Assembly: GCF_020745735.1 (NCBI RefSeq)
Contig: NC_083428.1
Coordinates: forward strand, 11,470,001 to 11,534,000
Direction of reading: 5' to 3'
Origin: Hemiscyllium ocellatum
Taxonomy: Eukaryota
DNA length: 64,000 bases
Position 1 is the first letter of the stretch, and each line of letters begins with the position of its first letter. The position numbers were made by a program, and so were the translations under genes. The notes below the pieces were generated by a model. It was not told the DNA's origin. It was given only the letters and a program-made list of their open reading frames with translations, and did not search any database. Below are positions 36,805 to 50,890 of the stretch, in pieces.

Positions 36805-37170
36805 GGACAGTCAGTCCTGTGATATGTTCTTTACACATTAAGTAATGGGAGTGTCAGTTTGGTTTTATGCTCAGTGCACAGCTTGTAATGGAAGAGTAGG
36901 TCGTGTGATTTGTTTCCCAGGTAGTCAGTAATGGAGTAGCTACAGCCTTGTTATAGACTCCTCACACAGTTTAATGGGATAGTCACAATTCTGTGATACA
37001 CTCTTCACATAATCACCAATATGACAAGTCAGTTCTGTAATACATTTCTTACGCAGTCAGTTAAAGGATGGTCACAGTCTTCTTATATACTCTTTAAGCA
37101 GTTTAATGGGACAATCAATCGAGTTATATACTCCTCATTTATGGCAGGGTCACAGTCCTGTTACATACCA
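36805..37170. repeat. Degenerate minisatellite, unit about 40-45 bp
   Basis: Recurring GTCA(CA)GTCCTGTGATAYACTC...CAGT..TAATGG unit, roughly 8-9 copies. Confidence 0.65.
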
Positions 37171-38170
37171 GGTTGAGCTACTGCTTGAAACAGGGCTCAT
37201 TAAAAACTCACAAGCCATGATACACAGGTCACAGCATTTTGACTGCATCATCTGTTTATTCGGCAGGCTAACATTTTGCCTCAAAGGAGTTAATGGTGCA
37301 CTGCAGCACAGTGCTTCTCCTTTTCAAAAAAACAGTTTGAAGTAGGATTTTACAAAACGGGTTCAATTGCATTAGAAGTGCTGCCAATCGATGGAGCCAA
37401 GCAACAAAAAGATATTCTGTTGATGGTTTGTCAAGGAAAGGTATCCTCCTGCTTGCTAATTGCCATTCGCATGGTGTTCTAGAGTGTGTTACATTCCTTG
37501 CCAAATTGTCACACATAAATGTAATTAATCCAGGGGTTATTCCCCCTTTAACTGGGAATTATTGATTACATATTCAATGGATATTTCCTAATATTTTAGA
37601 ATAAAACTCCAACAGGATTTTTGTTAACTTCTGTCTGATTGAGCAACAACAACTTGCATTTATGTGGTGTTCTGAATGTATCAAAGTATGAGTCACATAA
37701 GTGATTATTGAACAGCAGTTGACACTGAGCCACATGAATAAAGATTAGGTTAAGTAATCAAATTGGCTGTTGCTAAGGATTATGTTAATGACGAAAGTGG
37801 TGTAGGAAGGAAATTCCAGATGTTGAAGGCCAGACAGCTGAATGCATGGAAACCGATGGTGGAGTGGAAAAAAACTGAGGATATGCAAGAAGCCAGAATT
37901 GGAGAGTGCAGAGATCTTGAGTCTATAAGTGGGCACCTTCTTAGTTTTACAATCATTTATTCCAATGTTTAAGGTATAGGTAAGCTGCCCAGACTGCCAA
38001 TTAGTTATGTTGACCAAAGAGATTGGAGCTCTGATCTTGCCTTCACACAAATAGTTTATCTCAGCCTTGCGATTAATTGACTGTTTGAATGAGCCATAAT
38101 CACCTGGGTTCAGGAGGGAAAGAGAACAAATATCCACAGGTTATTGGACTGCAGGGTGTTTTGTAGTCCT

Positions 38171-38260
38171 GATTAAAGTGGTGCTGGAAAAGCAAGTCAG
38201 GCAGCATCCGAGGAGCAAGAAAATCGACGTTTCGGGCAAAAACCCTTCATCAGGAATGAA
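38171..38260 (-). mobile_element. Single-arm family A unit with intact hammerhead
   Basis: Minus-strand ATTC-CTGATGA-A-GGGT-TTTT-GCCC-GAAA-CGTC-GATT at 38222-38257; TTGTAGTCC on both flanks. Confidence 0.85.
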
Positions 38261-40185
38261 AGTATTGTAGTCCAGTTGGATTGTAGTCCAGTCCAGTTGT
38301 GCTTTTGTACATACCCTTTCCAACAAAGTCACCCGAGAACAATTTTCTTCCTCCCTAATTAGAGGATCTGAACCCATTTGAGATACCTCTAACATCACTC
38401 TGGCTGAGACAATGTCAACTCAGCACAGACTGAGTTTGAAACAGTAACCTTTCAGTTTACATGATTTCTATCCACTGGATAGAATCTATGAGGCATTGAC
38501 TTGTTGCTTAAATGCCCAGTTTTAGGACCAACAAATCCTTGCCATAATTTTTCTAACTAAGTATGACCTTGCGTTTTTTTATCTTTGTAACTGCTCCAGC
38601 TTTGTCTGCCCGACTCAAAGCCCCAAACCCTTGGGCTACTGAATTCCCCAATACCCTTCTCCCATCCCACATTGGCATAAAATCCTTCAGGAGACCTATT
38701 GCAACTCTGCAGAACTCGTTTTTTAAACATTTTCATTAAGAATTTCCTCAGGAATTCTCCCAAACTGTCCTCCTTAAAATCAAGTTTTTGGTCTGTTTTT
38801 CTGATCTCTCCATCTTTGGCTTAGCATCATGTTTTTTTTCAGATTATTACTTTGTGAAGTACCTTGGGATATTTTTCTATGTTAAAGGGGCTATATAAAT
38901 GCAAATTGCTGTTGACGTTGGGAGACCTCATTTCATTTCGATAACATCGTCCAATAAATCCACCAATTTCATTCATGTAAACAGTGGGATGACCTTTAGT
39001 TGATCGAATGAATAATGAGTTGGAAATAGTAATAGTTGCTGGTTGTAACCAAGTGATTGGCCTCCGTGAGTAAAAAGAATAAGGGAAGTAACTGTTTGCA
39101 CGCTGATAAAATTAATCGGATAGGAATGTAGGAATTGCAAGAGGAAAAGACACCAAGATTCATCTAGCTCACCCTATACCATCCTAGTCATTGTATGATA
39201 GAATGATAACGGTGTTTGGACTAACCACCCAATCTTTCAATTAATCTGCAGTAGACCCAGACATGATATAAGGGCAATCTGTGATCGAAAGCTTTGGCAA
39301 CTATCAGGGATTGTCCTGATTTACCTAGGCACAGAAAACAGATGAATTGAAGATGTATAGTAGAAACTGGTCTGAAAAATGCCCACATGTTAATTAACCA
39401 GATTAGTTATTTCCTTTGAGTTACATCTGCTAAATTCAGGCTGTGGTCATGAATTCATCAATACCATTGAGAAAAAGGAAATCCTCCAGAATTACTATGA
39501 AATTTCTTTATAGCTCAATAACTGCATACATAATCTTTAGTGGGAAATGCTTTTGGTAAAACAACATTAAAGCTAAATTGCCTTCGACACACTCTCCACG
39601 TATCTCTACGGTGTTGTAATCCTGGCTTATTACATGGTTTTCAATTCAACTCATTTTGCTCCATGACAGATTTATTTTTTATTGGCATTGTGGAAGGACA
39701 TTACCCACATCAGAGATAAGTCAAAACTCAGCAGAGTCTCTTGGACTTAATGGTGAGTTCACAGGACCCTATTTTGATTGTCACAAGGGCCTTGATCAGC
39801 AGTGTGAGAGTCACAACACATATAAGCAGATAAAGTCTACTAAAGTGTCATAAACTGAGGATTTTAAATTCCCCCACTCATTAAACATGAAAAAAAGGTT
39901 GAAACTGTCAGAAAGAAGTAAAGAGAAATCTTTGTTGAACTGTGTTGATTGACAGATGATCTATTCTAGATTAAAACAACATATTATCATGGGGTTGTAC
40001 AGTGATCTTTGACATTTTCCAAAGGGTTACTATTAATGAATGTAAATGCTTGCCTGAGCTTCAAATGCTACAGCCATCAGTAGGGGATTCTAAATTCATG
40101 ATTTAATTGAAGTTTTAAAAAGGCTGTTAAAGGAATAGTTACCTCTGAGGTGGAATCCATACAGAAGTTTATTTGTTTTTAAGAA

Positions 40186-40520
40186 GGGCAGCATGGTGCC
40201 TCAGTGATTAGCAGTGCTGCCTCACAGTGCCAGGTACCGGGGTTCAATTCCAGCCTCAGGCAATTGTCTATGTGGAGTTTGCACATTCTCCCCGTGTCTG
40301 CATGAGATTCCTCAGGGTGCTCTGGTTTCCTGGTACAGGTTAGGTGATTTGGCTGAGTTAAATTTCCAATAGTGTTCACGAATGTGTAGGTTAGGTACAT
40401 TCATCAGGGGTAAATGTGGAATAATAGGGTAGGGGAATGGGTCTGGGTAGGATATTCTTTGGAAGGTGTGGACTTGTTGGGCCAAATGGCCTGTTTCTAC
40501 ACTGTAGGGACTCTATCATT
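40186..40520 (+). mobile_element. HE1-type V-SINE
   Basis: tRNA head, V domain and tail. Confidence 0.9.
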
Positions 40521-40694
40521 TGAGAGTTTAAAGCTTTGAATGAGTTTAATGGATGGGAGTTTTTTAAATTATCAAGTCTATGATTCAGGGCTGTTGTAGA
40601 TTGTTAGAAGATTACTTTTTCATCTCTGCGCGGTTCCTGGGTATGTGAATGGGGATGCAGGAGCCAATAGAGCTATGAATTATAAAGTGGAGAG

Positions 40695-41010
40695 AATAGT
40701 TAACACTGCTGCCGCACAGCGCCAGGGATCTGGGTTCAATTCCAACCTCAGGCGTCTGTCTGTGTGGAGTTTCCACATTCTCCCCGTATCTGCATGGATT
40801 TCTTCCGGGTGCGCTGGTTTCCTCCCACGGTCTAAAGATGTGGGGTTTAGGTAATTTGGCCATGCTAAATTGCCCATAGTGTTCAGGGATGTGTAGGTTA
40901 GGTGCATTAGTAAGGGATAAATGTAGAGTAATGCGTCTGGGTGGGTTACTCTTCAGTGGGTCGGTGTGGACTTGTTGGACCAAATGGCCAGTTGGGCTTC
41001 TATGATTCAA
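40695..41010 (+). mobile_element. HE1-type V-SINE
   Basis: tRNA head, V domain and tail. Confidence 0.9.
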
Positions 41011-44000
41011 TGATGCGGGAGGTTTAAGTTGCTTAGAGAGGCAGTGAAGGATATGAAGGGACTTGGGGGCTGCTGAGGGATGCATACTTGATCTGGATGT
41101 GCCATAGGACTGGCTCGAGGATCTAACAGCTTCTGTAACAATTTGAATGAAGCCTCAGACCAAGTTCAAATCAGCATACCTCAACCCTCGCCCAATCCTG
41201 TGGCACCCTTGAAAATCTTTCTGGGATAGTTGGGCTCAACTTAATTCCACTCTGGACTATGTGCAGTGAAAATTAGATCTAATAGAGCTCTTTCAACTGA
41301 GTTGGGTTTGAGTTGTGAAATTTCCCAACTCTATCCCTCTCAGAATCAAAGATCCTGCCCTAGATGTTGGTATTTAAGTTCCTGATTACCGAATAATAAA
41401 TGAGAATGACAAATCAATGAGACTTATTGCTCATCTACATAAACAATACAGCATCTGACCGTGACTTAGAGAGTCCATTGAATAAACTGACTCCGTTCTC
41501 TCATCTAAATGAAACGTAAGTGCTTATACTGAAACATTGACACTTAAGGGAATATCTCTAAACCTCAACGAAACAAAAGAGAAATGGAAATTGGAAAAGA
41601 AAATGCTAAAAGGAAACATGACAACATCAAAAGGTGCCAAAGAAAGAAAGAAAGATAAGGATGAGAGGAAATAGTGGGGTGAAAGAGATGATTTGAAAAA
41701 TAATTGCCTTGCATTGAAGTTAAAGAATATATTGAAGATTTTTATAGCTGAAAAATGTTACGATTAATTATATAAGTTGATGCATTTGTTAAAATGCCAC
41801 AGAAGAATTTTATACCAGCACTTGCATGTTTGTTGTTTTAATATAGTACTATCAGGCTTAAGGCAAAATACATAGATGCACCTCTCTATTAATGGAGCAA
41901 CACTCTTTGTTTATTTGGATAATTTGCCTTCCTGAAGAGGGAGAGAAAAACATGGTTGAGATCAAAACATGTTGCCCAACTGTCAAGATAAATCAGTTCC
42001 AAGGTATTTCTTATGAACTAGTTAAAGGTACATCTCTTTCACCTCAAACGTGTGTCGCCACTTCAACCTCAAGAGCAACCCTTGTTGCACTAGTGCTTTA
42101 TTTCATTTCCCACATCTGCCAACCTGATGCCCTCTTTGAATGAGTCTGTCTAATTAGTGTCAATTATTGCTGAATTATGGGCAGCCCTGGGCTGTGGACT
42201 TATGCCCACTGGGAACTAAATTTAAACTGCCCAAACTCATTCCACTTATGACCCTTCTTTAATAGCTGTCGGAGAGAGGAGACTTACACTGCAGTTGTCT
42301 AGACTGGATCCATGCCCATGTCCCTGAGGTGAAAGGGCAGAAACTGTTCAGACTCAATTCTGTTACCAGGCAGAGAGAAGTGGTAGTCACATTGCATTTG
42401 CCTGAGTTCAAGGGTGCTCAAACCTACAACACCTATGAACATTCTTCCCTTGGCGCTTTGCATCTGAAAGCCAAGATAGAATGGAAACGTCACTTTCTCA
42501 CTCCAGTCTTGCCTCTACAGCTTCTGAACCTTTCAATTTGACATATTCAGTGTATGCTGAACTCAGAACAATTAAAACTAACAGGCCCATGGTCAGACTT
42601 TAGTTCAAACTCACCAAATTTCAGTTCACACAGATATCTTACAAATAAATACCCAGTTTGTGTGGTTTTCCAATTTTGCTTTAGCTTCCTAGCAGCTGCA
42701 GATGTTTTTTTTTCCCCATTGGCTGTTCATATTTAATTCATTTTGACCATGAATTTATGACTGCCTTAGACAGAGTGGGCCTTGACTTCAGTGTGTGTCC
42801 AGATTGTAAGCACTTATATATAATGGTTTCAACACAGTATTCAGCCTCTCAGGAGTTAATTTCTTTTATGGAAGATACCCAGCTTGCTGCTCAAAGCTGG
42901 CCGATTGAATTTGTTTCTTATTTCCATGTTACATGGTGCACATTAGCCCAGCTCAAAAGAATGAGAGACAATATATTATTAAAACATTGAATTAGCTCGC
43001 TTCGCCCAGTTCCTGTACTGCACAAGATGTGGCAGAACTGACAAAGTCTGCTCTGAATGATGTGCATCATTGTCAGTAAAATCAAATTCTTGTCGGCAAT
43101 GAATCTTCATGAAAGGTACAGTCCATTAACCTCTTGAGAACAGCGCAGCTTAATTCTCTGACATCAACAAATGAAGGCCCCCTTGCAGAAAATAAGCATA
43201 AATAAACTGCTTTTCTGATTTTGAGCTTTGGACATTGATGTATCTGCCCCATTACTTATTCTCTTCTTCATTTCTTGCACTCTTCACCCACTTATGAAAG
43301 TGACAGTGGAAAAGAGTTTGCAAACTTTTGATTCACATTTGCATTACCTGAAGTTCAGAGCAAACAAATCAAATGTCAGAACTCCTGTCCCATGAGTGTA
43401 CAGTGCCATCGTCTATCTACATCCATCATGGTACAAAATTTGTATTTTTCCATATAAATCCGATTTGAACCAATTTCAATTGACTTGGAATCTATTCCCA
43501 GGGGATAGTTTGTCAGTGCACATTATTTTTCTTGGGTGAATATGGAACGGAACTCTAGAAAGCAGAGTCCAGTTTTGTTATCCCCTAGGGAGCAGTTTAA
43601 CCTGATGGCTTTATTGCTAGTTTGTGGTTTGCTAGCTCAAAAATGGTCTGTAGAAAATCATAGCATGTTCTGAGAGAGCATACAAGCAACTAACATTTAT
43701 CTTCTTAAAAAAAAAGTCAGATTTACTTCAGAAAATAATGTACCAGAATGAGTATTGTCTTCCATAGATAAAGAATGTCACAGCATAACCATATTTCATG
43801 ATACAGCGATGCAGAACATATCCAACCAATTAGTTATGCCACTGACAAACTAAAGTTTATAATGCAGACATTGTGCTATTTTCTTGCATTATTGTCTTCC
43901 CCCCATTTTATGCAATACACCACATATGTGTGGATCGAGGTCAATTCTGCTCCAAAACCAGTAAGTCTGAAGGAGTAAAAATATTTTCAGGTATGCCAGA

Positions 44001-44848
44001 AACTCGAACATAACTGGAAGATTTCCCAAAATGATTTATCACTTTGTCCAAACAGAAGGATATTTCCTGCATGCACAGTTTGCAGTGTCACTAATGTATC
44101 AATGAAACATGGTCCTGCAGTATACAAGAACAGCCTGGAGATAATGCTCCTTTTTTACAAGAACTATTTCTGGAGTAGATCTCCCTGTGGCTGGCTGGTC
44201 AAGGTCGGAAATTCAGTTTGTGGAGAATGGTAGCCATAAATTCCCACGTCCAACCCCTCCACCTCCCACGACATTAACCGACACTTTAATATGGAACAAC
44301 TCCCAAAGCACAACTTAAAGATCCTGGTGTTGCATTTACTGGATTGCCAACTAACTTAATTAAGAGTCAGCTGGTTTGGCATGATATTATTGTATGTGAT
44401 TCTACTTGCGCTTTGGGAAATCAGGTTGTTCACTTATCCAATCTTGCTGTGTATCCATCATTACTTTTTGAGCATGGGTAACTGCATTTGGAAAGAATTG
44501 AAAAATAGACAGTCTTTTCACAATATTGTACGTTTATTCCTGGACTTGTTTTACAAGCCATACTCCAAGTTGTTAGTCCTCCCCATCTCAAGGGTTATGG
44601 GGAAAAGGCAGGAAAGTCGACATGAGGAGCATTGGATCAGCTGTGATCCCACTAAATGACAAAGCAGACTCAAGGGGCTGAACAACTGTCCAGCCTGTTC
44701 CTGTTCCTATTATTAATTGCCTTATGGTCTCATAGCTAAGTTCTTAGCAAATAGCATTACTGCCACGCCTATTCTTGCCCTGCAATATACATACATGATT
44801 ACATAATTTTATCAAGAATTACATCTATGTCCTCATTGGATTGACAAT

Positions 44849-45061
44849 GTCAGAAGTCACACAACACCTGGTTATAGTCCAATATGTTTATTTGAAATCA
44901 CAAGCTTTCAGAGCGCTGCTTCTTCATCAGTTGAAGTAGACTTCACCTGATAAAGGGGCAGTGCTCCGGAAACTTGTGATTTCAAGTAAACCTGTTGGAC
45001 TCTAATTTGGTGTTGTGTGACTTCTGACTTTGTCCACCCTAGTCCAACACTGGCACCTCCA
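44849..45061. mobile_element. Palindromic PLE-derived unit, family B (older subfamily)
   Basis: Inverted arms around about 44939; degenerate hammerheads; CCTCAYTGGATTG duplicated at 44831-44843 and 45062-45074. Confidence 0.85.
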
Positions 45062-45811
45062 CCTCACTGGATTGGATATGCCATTGTTTTTAAACAGAGA
45101 ATATGGATATCACAGACTTTACCCTGTTCAGAGAAAGTTTAATTTGACTGAAATTGAACTGACATAAAAACTGACAGGAAATTGCAGTGAAACTTCAAAA
45201 CCTCAGCTGTCGTACTGCCATTATGTATACTCTCAATTACTTAACAGTCTTTGTAATGGAAGGGTTTTGTTGCCAGCATTGTTGTAGCACATTTGTCTGA
45301 AATTTTTTTCTCTGCTAATTTAATTGACGTGTTATGTTATTTATTTTAAATGGGTTTACACATCTGTCAGGTTGGAAGACTTCTCTTCCTGGGTGATTGC
45401 ATTGACACATATCAATATGATTTCAAGATCTTTGTTTTCTCTTCTGCTTTCAAGGTTAGCCCATCAACTGGGTTCCTCAATTAGAAGAAATAGAATTATT
45501 TAAAGAGAACATTTATTCAGCTGTCAATTCATCCTTTCTAATTTTAATAAAGGGAGCATTTGCTCTTCATTGTGGTGTTCTAACCAAGCTTTGACTCAGG
45601 TTGATGTTTTAACAGTAATAAAACAGCAAAGAGATGTTTTAAAATGACATGTAAGTACTTTGTATGCCTCCATTTGATATCAGAACATATCTTCCCAGCC
45701 TTTTAATGGTGTGGGTGATTGTGAGAAATTTGAGAAAATAGGACCCATTTGAGTGCAGTGAGGACCTTCTTGATGTAAAAACCAAATGTCCCATTTTCCA
45801 ACCAACCCATT

Positions 45812-46100
45812 GAGTCAAAGTGTTATAAGCATGGAACCAGACCCTTTGTTTCAACCTGTCCACGACGACCAGGTTTCCCAAACTAAATGAGTCCTACTTG
45901 CCTGTGTTTGGTCCATATCTCTATAAACCTTTACTATTCATGTATCTGGCCAAATGTCTTTTAAATGTTGTAACTGTGCCTGCATTTACCATTTCCTCTG
46001 ACAGCTCATGACACATACAAACAACCCTTTGTGTGAAAGATTTGCCCCACAGGTCGCTTTTCAATCTTTCTTTTCTCACCTTAAAATTATGTCCTCTAAT
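45812..46100 (-). mobile_element. HER1/CR1 LINE 3' end
   Basis: RGHNFKVR...FTQRVV...FKRHL. Confidence 0.85.
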
Positions 46101-46299
46101 TGAATATTGACCTGTGATTTTCATTAGTGAGTGCCATCTTAGTCTGGATTATCACTCATTAACAGTCAGATTATTACTTCATATCACCTCATTCATATGC
46201 AGTTTCCCAGTTTCCAATCCATCAGATGGAAACTAGGTGCCAAGAATTCCTGACGTGAAAGTCAGAGCAGCCATCTGGCTACTCCAGCTCTCTACTTGC

Positions 46300-46600
46300 T
46301 CCTCTGAACCTCTACCTTAGGCACTTAGCACCAACATCTCAGGGCACTCTCCATGTGCAATGATAGCACACACCCAACATCCATGAACATTGGCATCTAA
46401 CACATGCCAACTTCATTGTATCATCACGGTGCATCTCTGATCCACGAAGAGTACAGTTCCTCACTTCGATGATGTACTTTGGAACATCCTGGTATCCATA
46501 ACTGGAATATTGCTGCAGGGACATTTTGCCCTCAAGGATGGGTACCCAACTCACAGACTGGACCAGACTGCTTCACAGGACTACTGACCTGCTCTCTTAC
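46300..46600 (-). mobile_element. Harbinger transposase-like remnant
   Basis: Minus-strand GGTGTGTGCTATCATTGCACATG...GCCCTG resembles the G.ID.TH motif; very decayed. Confidence 0.35.
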
Positions 46601-46619
46601 CACTCTCTCAGTTTGTGCC

Positions 46620-48740
46620 TATCTGGATGGTCACAGCATCCCAGCTTTCTCTTGACCTGAATATTCGTACTCTTCAGCCTCAACCAGAACTTAAAGGTTC
46701 ACCGTGCTTCTGTATTCTTCCTGGGAAGAAGGCCTGCGCCATACCCATCCACCACTGCCCTCCGCTGGCAGGCCAAGCTCACTTTGAACAACTTCCCCTG
46801 TAACTCCTCTCACTTTCTTCAGGTCAAAAGGTGTGGCCATGAATATCCACATGGCCCCAGTTATGCCTGTCTCTTTGTGGAACATATGAAACATTCCTAT
46901 TCCAGTCCTACTTGGGTCCATCCCCACAACTCTTACTGTCGTACATTGATGACATCATGTCACTGCTTCCCTCTGTCATTCAGAATTGAAAACAATTTCT
47001 CAAATTTGCTTCCAATTTCCATCTTTCCCTCACCTTCTCCTGGTCCATCTCTGACTCCTCCCTTCCCTTCCTTGACATCTCTGTGACCATTTTTTTTTGA
47101 AAGATTAGATTAGATTAGATTACGACAGTGTGGAAACAGGTCCTTCGGCCCAACAAGTCCACACCGACCCGCCGAAGCGCAACCCACCCATACCCCTACA
47201 TTTACCCCTTACCTAAAACTACGGGCAATTTAGCATGGCCAATTCACCTGACCCGCACATCTTTGGACTGTGGGAGGAAACCGGAGGAAACCCACGCAGA
47301 CACGGGGAGAACGTGCAAACTCCACACAGTCAGTCGCCTGAGGCAGGAATTGAACCCGGGTCTCAGATGCTGTGAGGCAGCAGTGCTAACCACTGTGCCA
47401 CCGTGCCGCCCACAAGGGATAGGCTGGACACTAATATCCCCAACAAACCCAATGATTCCCAAAGTTACATGAACTATCCATCCTCGCACCCTGCTTCCTG
47501 GAAAGGTTCTGTCATTCATTCAGTTCCTCTGTCTTCATTCGGCTGTTCTGATGATGCTGACTTTGCCGGGATGGGTGGCGGAGGGGGGGGCTGCGGTAGG
47601 GTTTGCCCTCAGAGATGCCCACCTTCTTCCTCAACCGAGAATTCCCTGCCACTGTGGTTGACAGGGCCCTCAGTCATGTCCGACCCATTTCTTGCACTTC
47701 TGCCCTCACTCCTTTGTCCTCACAAATACGATTGGGGTCCCCCCACCCCCCATCCTCACTTATCACACCATCATCATCCACATCCTAAGGATAATAAGCT
47801 GCCATTTCCACCATCTTCAGCAGGATCCCACCACCGGGCATATATTCCCCACCCCTCCTTTGTCAGCATTTTTCTGGAACTGTTCGCTTGGAGACAGCCT
47901 ACCCCAATCCTCCTCCATCCCATCACCTCCTCACATGCCCACATCACCTTGCCATGCAATTGTAGAAAGTGTAACATTTGCTGTTTAACATCTACTTCCT
48001 CAGTACTCAAGGCCCCAGACATACAATCCAGGTGTGATCTACCTGCACTTCACTCAATCTAGTCTACTGTACTCGCTGTTCAGAATGTGGTCTCCTCTAC
48101 ACTGGGGAGACAAAATGGAGACTGGGTAACCGCTTTGCAGAACACCCACAGTTTCCACAAAAACGCCCCTGAGCTTCCAGTTGCCTGCCATTTCAACAAC
48201 CGCCCTGTTCCCCAGCCAACATTTGGGTTTTGGGACTGCTGCTGTGCTCCACTGAAGCTCAACATAAGTTGGAAGAACATTTCACTTTCCGCTTGGGGAG
48301 CCCACAGCCTTCAGGCTCAATAATGTTAAAACATCAACACCTTCTTCTTTGTTCTTTACCCAACCCCACAACACAGGCCCTGTCAAGACTTGAGCTGCTT
48401 TCAGCGCAACCAACCCACTTTCACCTACTTATGGTCCCCATTTTTTGTGTTTCTTTCTTCCTGGCTTACTACCATCCATTGCTTTAGCTCCCTGAAGGCC
48501 ACGTTTTCTCCTGGGCTCCATCTCCACCTCTCCACTCACTCCTTGTCTTCCCACCTCCCCACTTCAGCAGATATGTCTCATTTTCTCAGCTACTATTAGT
48601 TCTGAACAGAGTCCCTGCACTTGAACATTAACTCTGCTCTCTCTACACTGATGCTGCCAGGCTTGCTGAGTTCCTCCATCAATTTCTGTTGTTGTTTCAG
48701 ATTTCCAGCATCTCCGCAGTTCGTTGTTTTATTTTACTTC
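46620..48740 (+). pseudogene. Penelope-like element: RT, GIY-YIG and family D pLTR, frameshifted
   Basis: NNF..NSSHFLQVK.GVAM..MAPSYACLFV, RYIDD and NLVYC.RCSECGLLYTGETK.RL..RFAEH, then pLTR GATGCTGCCAG.CTTGCTGAGTT. Confidence 0.9.
47090..47411 (-). mobile_element. Young HE1-type V-SINE nested in the PLE
   Basis: CpG-rich, near-consensus copy with (CTAAT)n tail. Confidence 0.93.
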
Positions 48741-49419
48741 TGTCTTGACATGTCTTTTAGCACAGACACAAAGCCAAGCAGCTTGTCATGGTTGCCAGCA
48801 CCCATTAGTAAAGAGGGTGAACATGTTGTAGTCTGGCATCATGCCACATCAGTACCATACCATACCATGTGCCAACAGCTTATGTATTTCAACCAAATGG
48901 CCATATCTCAAAGTCTAAGCAGTAGCCCTCAGTCAGGTCAAGGAAAACACCTTTCATTCTGGGGGTCTCTGAGCAGTAAGTCAAAAAAAGTTTCCAATAT
49001 CAGTTCAGGACTTGGGCAACATCAGTGAGTCACTTAAGGAGGTCACAATCAGAATCCTCTCTTGGCAGGGATATGGATCTGAATATCAGACACCCCACCA
49101 CCGTCTTGGCTTTTCCTGTCTATGAAGGGCTATTTTCTCCTGAAATGAGACAGAGGAAGGAACTGAGTGAGATGAAAGTGGCTGGCACAACTATTAAAGT
49201 TGGTGCAGTGAGGAAAAGGTGGCGTCTTGCCCTGAGTGAGTAAGTAGGAGGAGCAGAGGCTTGGTCGGGTTAATTGTCTGAGGGGATTGGCTCAGTAACA
49301 GCAAAGGAAGCAAAACGGTGCAAGCAACAGAGACAATGTTGAAGATGCGCTTTGGCGAGAGGTGTGTGCAGTAGGAGAGAGAGTGAGTGTGAGGTTGCAG
49401 AGAGAAGATGCTGGTACTT

Positions 49420-49920
49420 ACTCTGGTGGAGTAAAGATTGACAACTTTATTGCTACCTCACTGGGTATTCCTCAGGACAGATGATGCCTCAATGACCCAC
49501 AAGGCAACCTCAGTCCAGGCTGGCAGTGTCTGGTACTGTGGTCTCCTCTGACAGTGCTGGGGGAAGAGGACAGCCTTTCTGTATGCCATCCTGACCTCCA
49601 GTCTCTGTCTGCAAAGTGATGCTCCAGGTTTCCCTTATCTGCCAAGTCCAGGGCAAACATGGCAGAATGTACAGGGCAGCACCAAACTGCTGATGCTTGA
49701 CTGTGTGTGCAACAGCTTTTAACAGCTGTCACCAGGTCAACAGGGATGCCCCAGCAGTGGGGGTGTACTTCCACCCACAGCAAGTGGGAGAATCAGGTAG
49801 ACATCACACTAACAGGGTACCAGAGGGGTTTGATATCTGGTCAGCGAGGTGAGTTTGGGCTGAGAGTATGAGAAAACTCACGAGGCCTCAAAGAGAGAAA
49901 CCCTCCACGAAACACAACTA
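49420..49920 (-). mobile_element. Harbinger-type element remnant with Myb/SANT-like exon
   Basis: Minus-strand ADKGNL...FADRD.E...VLFP...QTLPAWTEVA followed by a GTAAGT donor. Confidence 0.55.
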
Positions 49921-50446
49921 AAAGATCACTTAGCCAATTTCTGGTAAATTCAACTCATCATTCTGAACTTGATGGCAATAAAGTGATTGACATGCGTCAG
50001 ATTTTAGGTTTGTAATCTTGCAGACGGAAGGGAATAGTCCCAATAACACACTTAGTAAGGTGAACTATCAAAACACTGTCAACAAATGGTTGGGTCAGAT
50101 GTGGCTCATTGATAGATTCATAAGATGGTGTGTTCATTTCCCACAATTGCAGGCCGAGCTCTGCATGTCCTCTGAGGCTGCTATGAAAGATTCCATGACA
50201 TTATTTCAGACTGGTGTCTTGGCCACCCACTCAGTCAGTGCAAAAACAAAGATCTGATCTGAATGTAAATGAGAAAACATAAATTACTAGAGAAACTCAG
50301 CAGGTCTGACAGCAGCTGTGGAGCGAGCCCAATATGACTCTTTATTGGAACTGAAAAGTCACGGTTCTATCTTTCTTTTGTTTCAGAGTCATATTGGACT
50401 CAAAATGTTAACTCTCATTTCTCCATCCACAGTTGCTGCTCCACAG

Positions 50447-50890
50447 ATTCTGGTAAGATGGTGGTGAAGTAGGACACTCCAGCTGGAGCTCGTTCACTCT
50501 GCCATTTCTTTTTCTTCTTTCCTTTCTTTTTCCTTCTTTTCCTCTCTTCTTTTGTCCTTGGATACCTGACCCTGGCCTCTATCTCCTGGCCTCCAAATCA
50601 GTGACTGTCAGCCCGCAGTGGAGAAGCTAGCGACCAGTGACCCAGTGTGGAACATGACGACAGCTAGTGATTAGACCATGTGGAAGCCCCTGCCCTAGTC
50701 TGCTGCTCAGAGTCCTTGGAGAGTGACTATGATACTTGTTTTTTTTTAACTTGGTGTTTTTCTGACCTATGGTTACACTGTGTATAGCTGTAATGTAATT
50801 TTTTTTCTTCAATACTCTGTTCTGTAACTAAGGATTTTACCAAGGTACTCTGTACCTAAGATGGCACCGTGCATTGGTGACATTGTTCCA
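50447..50890 (+). mobile_element. Non-autonomous repeat with Rex1-like tail
   Basis: GTACCTAAGATGGCACCGTG...GGTGACATTG, shared with 24830-24930 (-) and 51220-51410. Confidence 0.45.

Noticed and set aside
36805-37170. CRISPR-like array
   Set aside because: Vertebrate context, degenerate units, no unique spacers and no cas genes
39946-39955. TGATTGACAG Pbx-Meis/Prep decamer
   Set aside because: A single 10-mer in 64 kb of AT-rich DNA is plausible by chance without conservation data
47403-48062. Longest ORF (219 aa) as a host gene
   Set aside because: It lies inside a frameshifted Penelope-like element and starts in an HE1 SINE; it is a mosaic of PLE frames
50024-50059. Possible 36-nt micro-exon (TTGCAG|...AAG|GTGAAC; TEGNSPNNTLSK)
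   Set aside because: Weak donor, no recognisable protein and no supporting neighbouring exons; would need RNA-seq
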